Below are positions 38,910 through 48,944 of a stretch of DNA of 64,000 nucleotides, one piece after another. The notes under the pieces were generated by a model, which did no database searches, had not been told where the DNA came from, and worked only from the letters and a program-made list of their open reading frames with translations. This DNA comes from Arcobacteraceae bacterium. Lineage in GTDB: Bacteria > Campylobacterota > Campylobacteria > Campylobacterales > Arcobacteraceae. The stretch covers positions 480,001 through 544,000 of the forward strand of contig OY759974.1 of assembly GCA_963662945.1 (NCBI GenBank). The letters are read 5' to 3'. The first letter of the stretch is position 1. Each line of letters opens with the position of its first letter. The position numbers were made by a program, and so were the translations under genes.

Positions 38910-40514
38910 TTATTTAGCAGAAGTTAAAATAGCATTATATAGATAATAATTAATACGATAAATATGTATACTTACTCGATATAGCCATCGTATAGCTTCT
39001 AATTTGTCTGAACCACCTGGTACATCTAAATCTCCACTTGCTATTTGATTTGCTATCTCTTCCCTAAAATTTTGTTTAATTTGTTCTATATTATGAGTTA
39101 ATTCTTCACTACTCTTTACAACATCACTCCATTTGTTTGTTTCTTGAACTGATAAAGTTTCTAAAATAATAGTATCCAACTGTTTCACTATACTTTGTAA
39201 TTGTTCTATGTTTTTTGCACAAACAGCTCTATCTTCTTCCTCTTCACAACGTTCATGTAATCTTTGAAGATGGTCAATTATATGTATAATTGCTACCAAA
39301 TAATCCCAATTTGGGCCATCTTTATAATGTATATGAATTTTATCAGCAAATTTATGTGTTTCATCAAGTACTGTTTGTATCTCTTGAATATCCATACGCA
39401 TATATTTAGAATTATCATCAAATACAGCACTGATATGCCCTAAAATTACCTGATACTCTTTCATAACACTTTGTAACAACATATTTAATGCCATTCTTGG
39501 ATCTTGCAGTAACTCATCATCTAGATTTTTAATAAAAATACTTTCTTTCTCTTTGATGATTTTTTTAATAAATTCTGCAAAAATATTTGTAAATGGTAAA
39601 ATCAATAAAACACTAATAATATTAAATGCACTGTGAAATGCTACCAAAGCAATCTCTTCATTTTCTCTAATAGAATCAGGCTGTATATATTCCCAAATTC
39701 CTATATATGGACTGATAAACATAAAAGCAAATAGTGCACTCATAAAATTATATATCACATGAGAAAAGCCTGTTCTTCTAGCATTTATATTTCCACCAAT
39801 AGTGGCCATAGCAGCTGTCACAGTTGTCCCTACATCCATACCAATAACCAAAGCTGCTGCTTGTTCAAAGTTCACAGCACCACCATAAAGAAGTGTTAAA
39901 GTCACAGCAATACCTGCACTTGAAGCTTGAGTAATCATTGTAACAATAATTCCAATTGCTATTAATATCAATCGTCCAGTGATAGAATCCTGTGGTAAAA
40001 TTTCAGGTGTTATAATGTTTTCAAAACCTTTCACAGCTTCTTGCATCGTGTCAATACCAACAAAAATAAGTCCAAAACCTGCAATTGCAAAACCAATCGA
40101 AGCTAAATTATTTTTTGTAAAAAGTTTTAAAATTGCTCCAAAAAAAATCAAAGGTAATACAGCAGTCCCAAGACTAAATTTAAATCCAAACAAAGCAACA
40201 ATCCAACCAGTGAAAGTACTTCCAATATTTGCACCAAATATAATACCAAGAGATTGAGAAAAAGTGATAATACCAGCACCCACAAACCCTACAGCTGTAA
40301 CAGTTGTAGCACTAGAAGATTGTAACATTGTAGTCATAAAAGCACCACTCATGGCACCACTATATGGACTTTTGGTAAATCGTAGCATTATATTGCGTAA
40401 AGTATCTCCAGCTACAGACTGCAAACCTTTCGTCATAATAATTAGCCCAATCAAAAATATCCCAAGTCCACCAATTAAAGTAACAACTACCGCTATCTTT
40501 GAAAAGTCTATCAT
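38910..40514 (-). CDS. Na+/phosphate cotransporter family protein
   Basis: QSSSATT, GANIGST, QASSA, GMDVGTT repeats; PhoU-like helical C-terminus. Confidence 0.9.
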   Translation of the reverse strand: MIDFSKIAVVVTLIGGLGIFLIGLIIMTKGLQSVAGDTLRNIMLRFTKSPYSGAMSGAFMTTMLQSSSATTVTAVGFVGAGIITFSQSLGIIFGANIGSTFTGWIVALFGFKFSLGTAVLPLIFFGAILKLFTKNNLASIGFAIAGFGLIFVGIDTMQEAVKGFENIITPEILPQDSITGRLILIAIGIIVTMITQASSAGIAVTLTLLYGGAVNFEQAAALVIGMDVGTTVTAAMATIGGNINARRTGFSHVIYNFMSALFAFMFISPYIGIWEYIQPDSIRENEEIALVAFHSAFNIISVLLILPFTNIFAEFIKKIIKEKESIFIKNLDDELLQDPRMALNMLLQSVMKEYQVILGHISAVFDDNSKYMRMDIQEIQTVLDETHKFADKIHIHYKDGPNWDYLVAIIHIIDHLQRLHERCEEEEDRAVCAKNIEQLQSIVKQLDTIILETLSVQETNKWSDVVKSSEELTHNIEQIKQNFREEIANQIASGDLDVPGGSDKLEAIRWLYRVSIHIYRINYYLYNAILTSAK

Positions 40515-40600
40515 TTGTACACCAATATTTTTCTTCTAGTTTACATATTTTTTTATTAATTGTTGCTATAATAGATAAAAATATTACAAAGGATAACTAT

Positions 40601-40942
40601 ATGCATGAGTATAGTATTGTACAATCACTTTTAGATAGTTGCGAAGAAAATGCAAAAGCCAATGATGCTACAAAAGTTACAAAAGTTGTAGTCAAAATTG
40701 GTGTTATGAGTGGTGTAGAACCTGATCTTTTACAAACAGCATTTGATACTTTCAAAGAAGAGACAATTTGTCATGATGCTCAGTTTATCATTAATATTCA
40801 AAAAGTAAAAATACTTTGTAATGAATGTCAAACAACAAGTGAATTAGAAAAAAATGAATACTGCTGTCCAAAATGTAAAAGTACCCAACTAAATATTCTT
40901 GATGGAGAAGAAATGTATCTTATGCAATTAGAGTTAGAATAA
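40601..40942 (+). CDS. hypA: Hydrogenase nickel chaperone HypA
   Basis: MHEYSI start (ATG 40601, AAGGA RBS), CNEC...CPKC, GEEM. Confidence 0.96.
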   Translation: MHEYSIVQSLLDSCEENAKANDATKVTKVVVKIGVMSGVEPDLLQTAFDTFKEETICHDAQFIINIQKVKILCNECQTTSELEKNEYCCPKCKSTQLNILDGEEMYLMQLELE

Positions 40943-40951
40943 TCTTCCTAT

Positions 40952-42817
40952 TTACTTTAATGGAAGTATTATTGTAAATTCTGCTCCGTAATAATATTCT
41001 CCCTCATAATTATAATTTACATTTTCTGCTGTAATAGAACCTTTCATACCTTCTGTTACTAAAGTATATGTCATACTTAATCCAAGACCTGTACCTTGTG
41101 ATTTGTGTTTTGTAGTAAAATATGGTTCAAATATTCTTGGTAATACCTCTTTGGGTATCCCTCCTGCATTATCTCTAAATTTAATAACCACATTATCATT
41201 TTGTGTAAATGTATCAATAAATATAAATTTATTATGATGTGAAGACTCTTTTAGTACATCTTTTGCATTATTAAAGATATTCATAAAACATTGCACGAGT
41301 TCATTTGGATAACTTTTTAATTCGATTGATTCATCAATATTCAATATAAGTTGTATATTATGTCTTTTAAATGAAGGGGTTACTAAACTTAAAAAGTTAT
41401 TGATAGTTTCTTTTAAGTTAAAGTAAACAAACTCTCTCTCACCTTTAATAAAGTTTCTAAAATCATCGATTGTTTTTGAAAGATATTGGGCATTATCATT
41501 AATCATAGTACATGTTTTTTGAAATTGTTCATCACTTAAGTGTCCCATTTGTTTTTGCAATAACATCCCAGTTGCACCTGTAGAAATAATAGAAAGAGGT
41601 TGTCTCCATTGATGTGCAATATTTCCTATCATTTCTCCCATTGATGCTAATTTAGATTGTTCTAAAAGTAAAATATTTTTTGTACGGATCTCTTCTTGTG
41701 CGAGTTTTTGTGCTGTAATATCATTATAAACTCCAAGTATCCCTTGTACATTTTTTTTATCATCCAATAAAGGGACTTTTGATGTTAATAAATAACCCCT
41801 TGAACCATCTGCTAATGTAATTGGTTCTTCAAATAATAACGTAGGTATTCCTGTCTTCATCACTCTATTATCATCGTCAATAAAAGCTTGTGCTTCTTCT
41901 TTCCAGACAAGTTCTCTGTCAGTTTTACCTATAATTTGTTTTTCATCAGTCAATCCTGCATCTTCTAAAAAGAGTTTATTTGCCCCAAGATAAAAGTTAT
42001 TTTTATCTTTCCAAAATATTCTCACAGGAACTGTATCTAGAATTTCCCTCATAAATCTTTTTGCACTTTCAAGTTCATTGATACTTTTTTTATATTGAGA
42101 AAGTAATTTGCCAACTTGAGTAATCATTGAATTTATACCTGCTTGTAAATTTCCAATCTCATCAAATTGAGAAATTGTAATTTTTGCTTCAAGGTTACCC
42201 TCTTCTGCATTTTTTAAAACTACTAAAGTATCATTAATTCTTCTAGCCAAAAATCTTTGAGCTACCAGAATAATTGCTCCTGAACTCAATAAAATAAAAA
42301 CAATAGAACTAAAAATAGAAAATATTAAAATCTGCTTTTTTACCATCATGAGTTTCTCTGTACTAATAGTAATAACAGTATGATAAAGAGGTACTGTGCT
42401 ACTATCACTATTCAAATATGCAATTGATGTTAATTTATTTTCTTGAATAATAAATTTTTCTCCAGGTTTATCTATAAGCCATTGAGATTTAAATCCCTCT
42501 ATAATATCAGGTTTTCTTCCCAAATATTCTGCTTTATTGGAAACAATAATAATGCCATTGCTTCCAATTACTACACCTGATAGATAATGTTCTCCAATCA
42601 TACTACTCATAAAAGAATTACGAGAAATTGAACTTATAGGTATCTCTTCATTTGCAACCATTTGATTAATTTGATGTACTCTATTTCGAATATTATTTTC
42701 TATATCTGAAGCATATTTTTCAGCATATAGATAACTCAATAAACTAAATGCAATTAATTCAATAATGCTAACTAAAATAGCAATTTTACTTATAAGTCCT
42801 AATTTGATTTTTTTCAT
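40952..42817 (-). CDS. Membrane sensor histidine kinase (HAMP-PAS-HisKA-HATPase)
   Basis: 2 TM; HAMP DEIG.L..GIN.M; PAS IFWKD..YLGAN; GEMIGNIAHQWRQPL, DNAGGI, FTTK..GTGLGL. Confidence 0.92.
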   Translation of the reverse strand: MKKIKLGLISKIAILVSIIELIAFSLLSYLYAEKYASDIENNIRNRVHQINQMVANEEIPISSISRNSFMSSMIGEHYLSGVVIGSNGIIIVSNKAEYLGRKPDIIEGFKSQWLIDKPGEKFIIQENKLTSIAYLNSDSSTVPLYHTVITISTEKLMMVKKQILIFSIFSSIVFILLSSGAIILVAQRFLARRINDTLVVLKNAEEGNLEAKITISQFDEIGNLQAGINSMITQVGKLLSQYKKSINELESAKRFMREILDTVPVRIFWKDKNNFYLGANKLFLEDAGLTDEKQIIGKTDRELVWKEEAQAFIDDDNRVMKTGIPTLLFEEPITLADGSRGYLLTSKVPLLDDKKNVQGILGVYNDITAQKLAQEEIRTKNILLLEQSKLASMGEMIGNIAHQWRQPLSIISTGATGMLLQKQMGHLSDEQFQKTCTMINDNAQYLSKTIDDFRNFIKGEREFVYFNLKETINNFLSLVTPSFKRHNIQLILNIDESIELKSYPNELVQCFMNIFNNAKDVLKESSHHNKFIFIDTFTQNDNVVIKFRDNAGGIPKEVLPRIFEPYFTTKHKSQGTGLGLSMTYTLVTEGMKGSITAENVNYNYEGEYYYGAEFTIILPLK

Positions 42818-44094
42818 GGTTTATAATGCGGTGTTTCTTCAAATGATTCAAGAGTTGTTGTATCCTCTTTTGTATATCTTGAATCTTCTGGCGAAATATG
42901 TCCTAAAATTTTTATACTATTTTGCGGATGTGTGGCATCTGGACGCCAAGTAGCTGCATAGGTACTTTGTTGTAAGTGATGACTTTTTGGATCCATATAT
43001 GCTTCTGAATTTTGCATTCTTTCATCTGCACTAGCTCTATACTGTTCCAGCTCTTTAATCACAGCATGATTATCAGTAGTACCTACTTTAATGATAGCAT
43101 TAAGAAGTGCTTTCGTAGCTAAATATGCAGAATATGTAACATGTCCAGGATAATCTAACTTAGTGTTCCCATATCTTTTACGATATTTTTCTACAAATTC
43201 TTTTGTTCCATGAGTATCAAGATTCCAAGACCAATTTACTCCAAATAAAGGTCGAACATTCCCTGGTGCTAAATACAAATCTTCCCAATCAACTTCCCCT
43301 ATAACCCAAGACTGTTTATCAAATACTTTTGGGTCTATTTGTGCAAATAATTTAACTTGATTGTTTCCACTAATATTTACTGCAACAACATCTGCATCAA
43401 TATTCTGAATCTCATGAATAAGTTTAACAGGGTTACTAAGTGATTGAGGTACAAAAATCTCTTTTACTATTTTCCCACCATAAATATTAATATAAGGTTT
43501 TGAAGCTTCTGCATTACTTCTACCCCAGTCATTATCTTCAGTTAAGAGAATCACATGCTTCTTTTTAGATTTATCCAAAGCATATTTTAGTAATGTTTTA
43601 TTATAATTTGCTCCATTTGCATCAAAAACAAATTTTGTTCTGTGCGCATCTTCAACTGCTTGTGATGGTGCAGATGAATTTGTATTGATAAAAATTACAC
43701 CATATTTTTGACATACTGCTGACATACTTGAAGCAACTCCTGAATTTACAGCACCAAGCATAAATCCTATTTTATTGATAGTAATTAAATCTTTAGCAAC
43801 ACTAGCTGCTTTTCTAGTATCTAACGTAGGATTTTGTGATATAAGGACTACTTGTCTACCAAGAACTCCTCCATTTGTATTATATTCGCTAATTGCCAGT
43901 TCGGCACCTCGTCTATCAGCTTCTGAATGTATTGCAAAACGTCCAGTCGTAGGGGAAACATGCGCTATAATAATTGGTTCTGTTTCTAAAGCAAATGAAG
44001 TATTTGGTACAAAAGATACAAAAAGTAGAGTCAATACATTATATACTAAATGGTGTAGTGATTGTAAATATGAAGCTAACAACTTAATTTTCAT
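42814..44094 (-). CDS. Branched-chain-amino-acid-type periplasmic binding protein
   Basis: PTTGRFA..., RGAELAISEYN..GGVLGRQV, GAVNSGVA, DNDWG, FVEKYRKRYG. Confidence 0.85.
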   Translation of the reverse strand: MKIKLLASYLQSLHHLVYNVLTLLFVSFVPNTSFALETEPIIIAHVSPTTGRFAIHSEADRRGAELAISEYNTNGGVLGRQVVLISQNPTLDTRKAASVAKDLITINKIGFMLGAVNSGVASSMSAVCQKYGVIFINTNSSAPSQAVEDAHRTKFVFDANGANYNKTLLKYALDKSKKKHVILLTEDNDWGRSNAEASKPYINIYGGKIVKEIFVPQSLSNPVKLIHEIQNIDADVVAVNISGNNQVKLFAQIDPKVFDKQSWVIGEVDWEDLYLAPGNVRPLFGVNWSWNLDTHGTKEFVEKYRKRYGNTKLDYPGHVTYSAYLATKALLNAIIKVGTTDNHAVIKELEQYRASADERMQNSEAYMDPKSHHLQQSTYAATWRPDATHPQNSIKILGHISPEDSRYTKEDTTTLESFEETPHYKP

Positions 44095-44247
44095 ATATCT
44101 TGCCTTTTATTTAATAAAGAGGTTGGTTTAAAAGATTATAACCATAAAATTATTTATTTTTAATTAAAAATAGCACTACAGAACTATAGCGTTATTATAG
44201 TAATTTCAAGCTGGTTATATTTGATTTTTATATAGATTTTTAGAGAT

Positions 44248-44272
44248 AAAAAAGGTTCGTGAGCTAACCTTT
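44248..44272 (-). terminator. Intrinsic terminator after the 45-aa small ORF
   Basis: Minus strand AAAGGTT-agctcacg-AACCTTTTTT. Confidence 0.6.
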
Positions 44273-44286
44273 ATTAAATTGTGGAA

Positions 44287-44424
44287 TTATTTTGCTAAAA
44301 GATTTTTAGCAATATTTGGACTTAGTCCTGATTTTGAACAAGCATTTTCAAATTTTTCATTTGATTTTAAAAGTCTTATTAAAACTTCTAATTTTTGTTC
44401 ATTTGTAATATTTCTTATTGACAT
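44287..44424 (-). CDS. Small 45-aa basic protein with HTH-like pattern
   Basis: Not in ORF track; TAAGGAG RBS then MSIRNITNEQKLEVLIRLLKSNEKFENACSKSGLSPNIAKNLLAK*, followed by a terminator. Confidence 0.6.
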   Translation of the reverse strand: MSIRNITNEQKLEVLIRLLKSNEKFENACSKSGLSPNIAKNLLAK

Positions 44425-44522
44425 TTTTTCTCCTTATGTTTTGATTTACTAACGAGGCAAATTTTCAAACAATTTGAAAACAAGTGGATAAAAAAATAAC
44501 TTTGATTTTGTAAAAGAAATTT

Positions 44523-44599
<77 letters not shown>

Positions 44600-44623
44600 A
44601 TATGATAATTTGGATTTAAAAAG

Positions 44624-44698
44624 TGGATGGGGTAGAGGGATTCGAACCCCCGAATAGCGGCACCAAAAGCCGCGGCCTTACCGCTTGGCGATACCCCA
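44624..44698 (-). tRNA. tRNA-Gln (TTG)
   Basis: TGGGGTATCGCCAAGCGGTAAGGCCGCGGCTT-TTG-GTGCCGCTATTCGGGGGTTCGAATCCCTCTACCCCATCCA. Confidence 0.97.
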
Positions 44699-44726
44699 AT
44701 AAGCGTATCTCTTTTTAAGTGCTGGA

Positions 44727-44755
44727 ATTATAGTAAAAAAAATTCTATTTGTCAA
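44727..44755 (-). promoter_or_regulatory. Consensus sigma70 promoter of the tRNA-Gln/tRNA-fMet pair
   Basis: Minus strand TTGACA-N17-TATAAT. Confidence 0.85.
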
Positions 44756-44783
44756 GAGCTTTTAGGAGAAATTTTAAAATTTG

Positions 44784-44792
44784 TGTTATAAT
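44784..44792 (+). promoter_or_regulatory. Extended -10 promoter of ribBA
   Basis: TGtTATAAT 35 nt upstream of the ATG. Confidence 0.6.
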
Positions 44793-44827
44793 CATAAAAA
44801 CAATATAGAATAAAGGCAAGATATAAT

Positions 44828-45856
44828 ATGTCAGCAATACAAAGAGTAAAAGAAGCAATAGAAGAGATCAAAAAAGGCAATATGGTAATTATGCTTGATG
44901 ATGAAGATAGAGAAAATGAAGGCGACTTAGTATATGCGGCTGCTTTAAGTGATGATAAAAAAGTAAATTTTATGGCTACTCATGCAAAAGGTTTAATCTG
45001 TGTAGCAGTAACAAAAGAAACAGCTATTAGATTAGATTTAAATCCAATGGTTGCTAGTAATACTTCCTCTTATGAAACTGCCTTTACAGTTTCTGTAGAT
45101 GCAGCAAGTGCAAGTACAGGGATTAGTGCTCATGAAAGAGATGATACAATACAGATATTAGCAAATCCAATTAGCAAATCAACAGAGCTTGTAAGACCTG
45201 GTCATATTTTCCCTCTTATTGCAAAAGATGGAGGGGTATTAGTAAGAACAGGACATACTGAAGGGAGTATTGATTTATGTAAGCTTGCTGGACTTGCTGG
45301 TGAAGCAGTTATATGTGAAATCATGAAAGATGATGGAACAATGGCTAGACGTGATGACTTAGATATATTTGCCAAAAAGCATAATATGAAACAAGTATAT
45401 ATCTCTGACTTAGTTGAATATAGAATGGCTCATGAGTGCTTAGTTCAAGAAATTTCAAAAGAAAATATTACCTTTTTTGGTCATAATGCTATTAAAAAGA
45501 CTTACCAAGACCATTTAAATAATACACATACAATCATAGAATTTGGAACTTTACAGGAAACAAGTTTAGTCAAATTTCATAATGTAGAAGCTGATATTCA
45601 CTTATTTTTAAATGATGAAAAACTAAATTCGATGTTAAAATCAATTAACTTCTTACAAAGTAAAGGTGGAGTTTTAATCTTTTTAAATAATACTCACGAA
45701 AATAAAGAAACAATGAAAGACTTTGGTATTGGGGCACAAATACTCAATCTTTTAGGGATTAAAAATATTAAATTACTCTCAAGTGGTGGGAAACATTCAT
45801 TTGTAGGAATTAATGGTTTTGGTCTTGAGATAGTTGAAGAGATACAAATCTCTTAA
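44828..45856 (+). CDS. ribBA: DHBP synthase fused to a degenerate GTP cyclohydrolase II domain
   Basis: DDEDRENEGD, TAFTVSVDA, RPGHIFPL, RTGHTEG; C-term DFGIGAQILNLLGI without zinc cysteines. Confidence 0.92.
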   Translation: MSAIQRVKEAIEEIKKGNMVIMLDDEDRENEGDLVYAAALSDDKKVNFMATHAKGLICVAVTKETAIRLDLNPMVASNTSSYETAFTVSVDAASASTGISAHERDDTIQILANPISKSTELVRPGHIFPLIAKDGGVLVRTGHTEGSIDLCKLAGLAGEAVICEIMKDDGTMARRDDLDIFAKKHNMKQVYISDLVEYRMAHECLVQEISKENITFFGHNAIKKTYQDHLNNTHTIIEFGTLQETSLVKFHNVEADIHLFLNDEKLNSMLKSINFLQSKGGVLIFLNNTHENKETMKDFGIGAQILNLLGIKNIKLLSSGGKHSFVGINGFGLEIVEEIQIS

Positions 45857-45862
45857 ACTTTC

Positions 45863-48340
45863 TCATTTGGCCTTCAAAACCATTAATAGTACTGGTAATA
45901 ATAAGAGATCTGCAACTATTGCCATAAACATAGCAATCATAGTCAAAAGTCCAAAATAAATAGTTGGTACAAAATTTGATAAAACTAATATAGAAAAACC
46001 AATCATAATAATAGTAGAAGTGTAAAACATCGCTCTTCCTATACTTCTATGTCCATTAATAATTGCAGTATCCACATTCTTTGTTTGCTGCAACTCTAAT
46101 CTATATCTGTGAATATAATGGATTGTATCATCTACTGCTATCCCTATACTAATAGCAGCAATTGTAATTGTCATCATATCTAAAGGAATATTCATCCAAC
46201 CCATAAATCCAAATATCACTCCAACTGGAACTATATTTGCTATGATTGCTATAATTGCTATTTTAAAGTTTTTAAATAAAATTAAAAACATAATAAAAAG
46301 TATGATTACGGTTAAACCTATAGTTTTAATTTGTGAATTAAACAGTGACTGTAACATATTGTTGTACATTACTAAAAGATTTGCCACCCTAAATTCTTCA
46401 CTTTTTGGATTTATTATTTTTGTTATATCTTTTTTAATCTTTTGTATCAGTTGTTCTCTTTGTAATCCTTCTTGACTATCAATAACTCTTGTGCTTATTC
46501 TTGCCATATTATTTTGTATACTAACATAAGGTGAAAGTATTACTTGCTTATATTTTTCTGGAAGTTCTTTATTCATTAAAGCTAAAGTTACACCATCTAA
46601 CTCTTTACCATCATTCAATGATTTTCCAACTTCAACAAGAGTTGCCAATGATAAAACTTTACCAATAGGTTCTAAAGATTCCAAATAAGTATGTATTTTT
46701 TTTATTGTATCTATTTTTGAAGCTGTAAACCAATACTTTTCTTTATCTTCTTTTGTAAGTTCAAACTCATCTTCAAAACTATCAAGTTCCTTGTTTGTTG
46801 TAACGTCTATAGACTTTATCTTATCACTATTATCTTTAAATGTTAAAACAACATCAAGAGGTGTTGTACCACCAAGTTTTTGATCAATAAGTTTCATACC
46901 TTGATAAATCTGTGTATCTTTTTTAAAATAATCAATAAAACTGTTTTCAACTCTTAAATTCATAGCACCTGTAATAGAAAATAGTACAACTATAATAGTT
47001 ATAAAAAGGATTGTTTTTTTATAACCAAATGCTATATTTGCAACTTTTGAAGTAAATGGTACATCAGACTTAGCAAATCTATCTTCTTTACTTTTATACA
47101 TAAAGGATAATAGAACAGGAAATAAAATAAAAGTTATTAAAAGAGAAATAACAATACCAACACTCATCATCCATCCAAAATGAATAATTGGCAAAATATT
47201 ACTAAATACCAACGAACTAAATCCTGCAATTGTAGTAATTACAACAAAAAAAGATGGTTTTGCCATAGCTAAAGCAGTATTAGTCACTAATAATTCTTGA
47301 GTATGTGTAGGATGTAAGGTAAGTAGTTCTTTATATTTTATGATTAAATGCACTACCAAAGACATATTCATAATAAGCTGTAATGATATAAAATTTGAAG
47401 AAACAACGGTTATTTCCCAACCAATTGCCCCAAAAATACCACTTGTAATAATTATTGATACTGTTGAGATAAACAAAGGTAAAAACACCCATCTAATTTC
47501 TCTAAATAAAATATACAATATAATAATTAATAAAATAACTATTACTATTCCAAAAACTTCTAAATCACTTCGTACAAATTCTACCATATCATCTGCAACC
47601 ATATTAGCCCCACCTAGATGGAGTTTCGCATTTGTAGTTTGTTCATATTTTTTAAGGAGTTCTCTAACTGTGACTATAAGGTTATGATTTTCAAGTCTTA
47701 TTATATCTCTGTACTCTTTTAATTTTTGTTTAGCTATTTTATAATCTTGAAGTTCTTGTGTATCAAGTTTTTTTGTTTGTTTAAGTTTTATGAATTTATT
47801 TTCATTCTCAACAAGTGTTGCATATTTTTCATCTCTTTTTATATTAATCATAATTGCAGTTGTCTTAAAATCATCACTGACAAGATTTTGTTTATATATT
47901 GCACTATGTAACAATTCATTCTTTACTAGTTGTTTATTCACACCTTTAGTTTGTAAAGTCTGTACATCTTTTACAAGTTCATCAATAGGCCTTGGAGGAG
48001 ATTCTAAAAGAGGAACATTCAAAATAGAAGTTACTGATTGAATATTTGGAAGTTTTGCTATCTCTTGAGAAATTTGATTTATATTTTCTAAATTTGCATC
48101 ACTTAATAAATCATCTTTAATAGTATAAGTTACTAATAAAAAATCATTTGCTGCAAAATTTTTACCTATTTTTCTCATAAATGCCAAATCTTTATCACCC
48201 TCAAGTAACAATGTTTGAGCACTAGCATCTATCTCTAATTTTGTAGTATTTATGGCCATAAAGCTCATAAATACAATGATCAAAGATAAAAATAGTTTTG
48301 GAAACTTTAAAAGATAATTAGTATAAAATTTCTCTAGCAT
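45863..48340 (-). CDS. MMPL/RND-family lipid transporter
   Basis: Two TM bundles; TTIAGFSSL, LGGTTPLDV, IGIAVDDTIHY, FVPTIYFGLL. Confidence 0.88.
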   Translation of the reverse strand: MLEKFYTNYLLKFPKLFLSLIIVFMSFMAINTTKLEIDASAQTLLLEGDKDLAFMRKIGKNFAANDFLLVTYTIKDDLLSDANLENINQISQEIAKLPNIQSVTSILNVPLLESPPRPIDELVKDVQTLQTKGVNKQLVKNELLHSAIYKQNLVSDDFKTTAIMINIKRDEKYATLVENENKFIKLKQTKKLDTQELQDYKIAKQKLKEYRDIIRLENHNLIVTVRELLKKYEQTTNAKLHLGGANMVADDMVEFVRSDLEVFGIVIVILLIIILYILFREIRWVFLPLFISTVSIIITSGIFGAIGWEITVVSSNFISLQLIMNMSLVVHLIIKYKELLTLHPTHTQELLVTNTALAMAKPSFFVVITTIAGFSSLVFSNILPIIHFGWMMSVGIVISLLITFILFPVLLSFMYKSKEDRFAKSDVPFTSKVANIAFGYKKTILFITIIVVLFSITGAMNLRVENSFIDYFKKDTQIYQGMKLIDQKLGGTTPLDVVLTFKDNSDKIKSIDVTTNKELDSFEDEFELTKEDKEKYWFTASKIDTIKKIHTYLESLEPIGKVLSLATLVEVGKSLNDGKELDGVTLALMNKELPEKYKQVILSPYVSIQNNMARISTRVIDSQEGLQREQLIQKIKKDITKIINPKSEEFRVANLLVMYNNMLQSLFNSQIKTIGLTVIILFIMFLILFKNFKIAIIAIIANIVPVGVIFGFMGWMNIPLDMMTITIAAISIGIAVDDTIHYIHRYRLELQQTKNVDTAIINGHRSIGRAMFYTSTIIMIGFSILVLSNFVPTIYFGLLTMIAMFMAIVADLLLLPVLLMVLKAK

Positions 48341-48343
48341 ATT

Positions 48344-48943
48344 TTATGAATTTGAAAGCTTTGTAATAAGATCGTCTATAGTTTTTGTTTGTAAAAACTC
48401 ACTAAATTGAGCTCTATCTGTTTTTAAAATACTAATACCTAAAATAGTTACATCATATATAAGCCACTTATCTTTCCCCTCTTCTTGTTGAGAAGGTTTA
48501 TAGTATTTATAGCTTATCTCTAATTTATTTTCAGGATTAGCAATATTTGTAACTAACTCTATTCTATTAGATTTTGGTTGTAATATATTAGTTACTTCTA
48601 TCGCTTGTCCATTATATGCATCTAATTTAGAAGAATATGATTGTTTCATTCGTTCAACATAAAGTTCAACAAATTTTGTTTTTTGCTCTTGATTCAATTT
48701 TGCCCATTCACGACTTCCTAAACTCAATTTTGCCATAATCTCAAAATCTATTGTAGGTTTTAATACAGCAACAATTTTACTGTTTCTTTCATCTTTTGTT
48801 ATTGTTTGATCTTGAACAATTGTAGTAATTGTTTGTATTTTTTGTAAAAAAAGTTCTTTTACCTCTTGCTGTGCATCAGCAAACATAGATTGTCCAAAAA
48901 ATAATATTCCTAGTACAATCATAACCTTACTTATAATTTTCAT
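48344..48943 (-). CDS. mlaC: Phospholipid-binding periplasmic protein MlaC/Ttg2D
   Basis: DFEIMAKLSLG..W..L..EQK..F, WLIYDV.ILGIS...DRAQF. Confidence 0.88.
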   Translation of the reverse strand: MKIISKVMIVLGILFFGQSMFADAQQEVKELFLQKIQTITTIVQDQTITKDERNSKIVAVLKPTIDFEIMAKLSLGSREWAKLNQEQKTKFVELYVERMKQSYSSKLDAYNGQAIEVTNILQPKSNRIELVTNIANPENKLEISYKYYKPSQQEEGKDKWLIYDVTILGISILKTDRAQFSEFLQTKTIDDLITKLSNS

Positions 48944-48944
48944 T

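Noticed and set aside
40499-40600. Long N-terminal extensions in the ORF track for hypA (also yeeE, Rrf2, hemD 1901-1987, 4271-4282)
   Set aside because: Downstream ATGs with RBS or coupling match the family N-termini; the extensions overlap neighbours or promoters
44482-44490. DnaA-box-like TTATCCACT
   Set aside because: Single one-mismatch copy with no oriC context
45440-45856. RibBA C-terminal domain lacking zinc cysteines
   Set aside because: Degenerate GCH II domains (RibBX type) are well known
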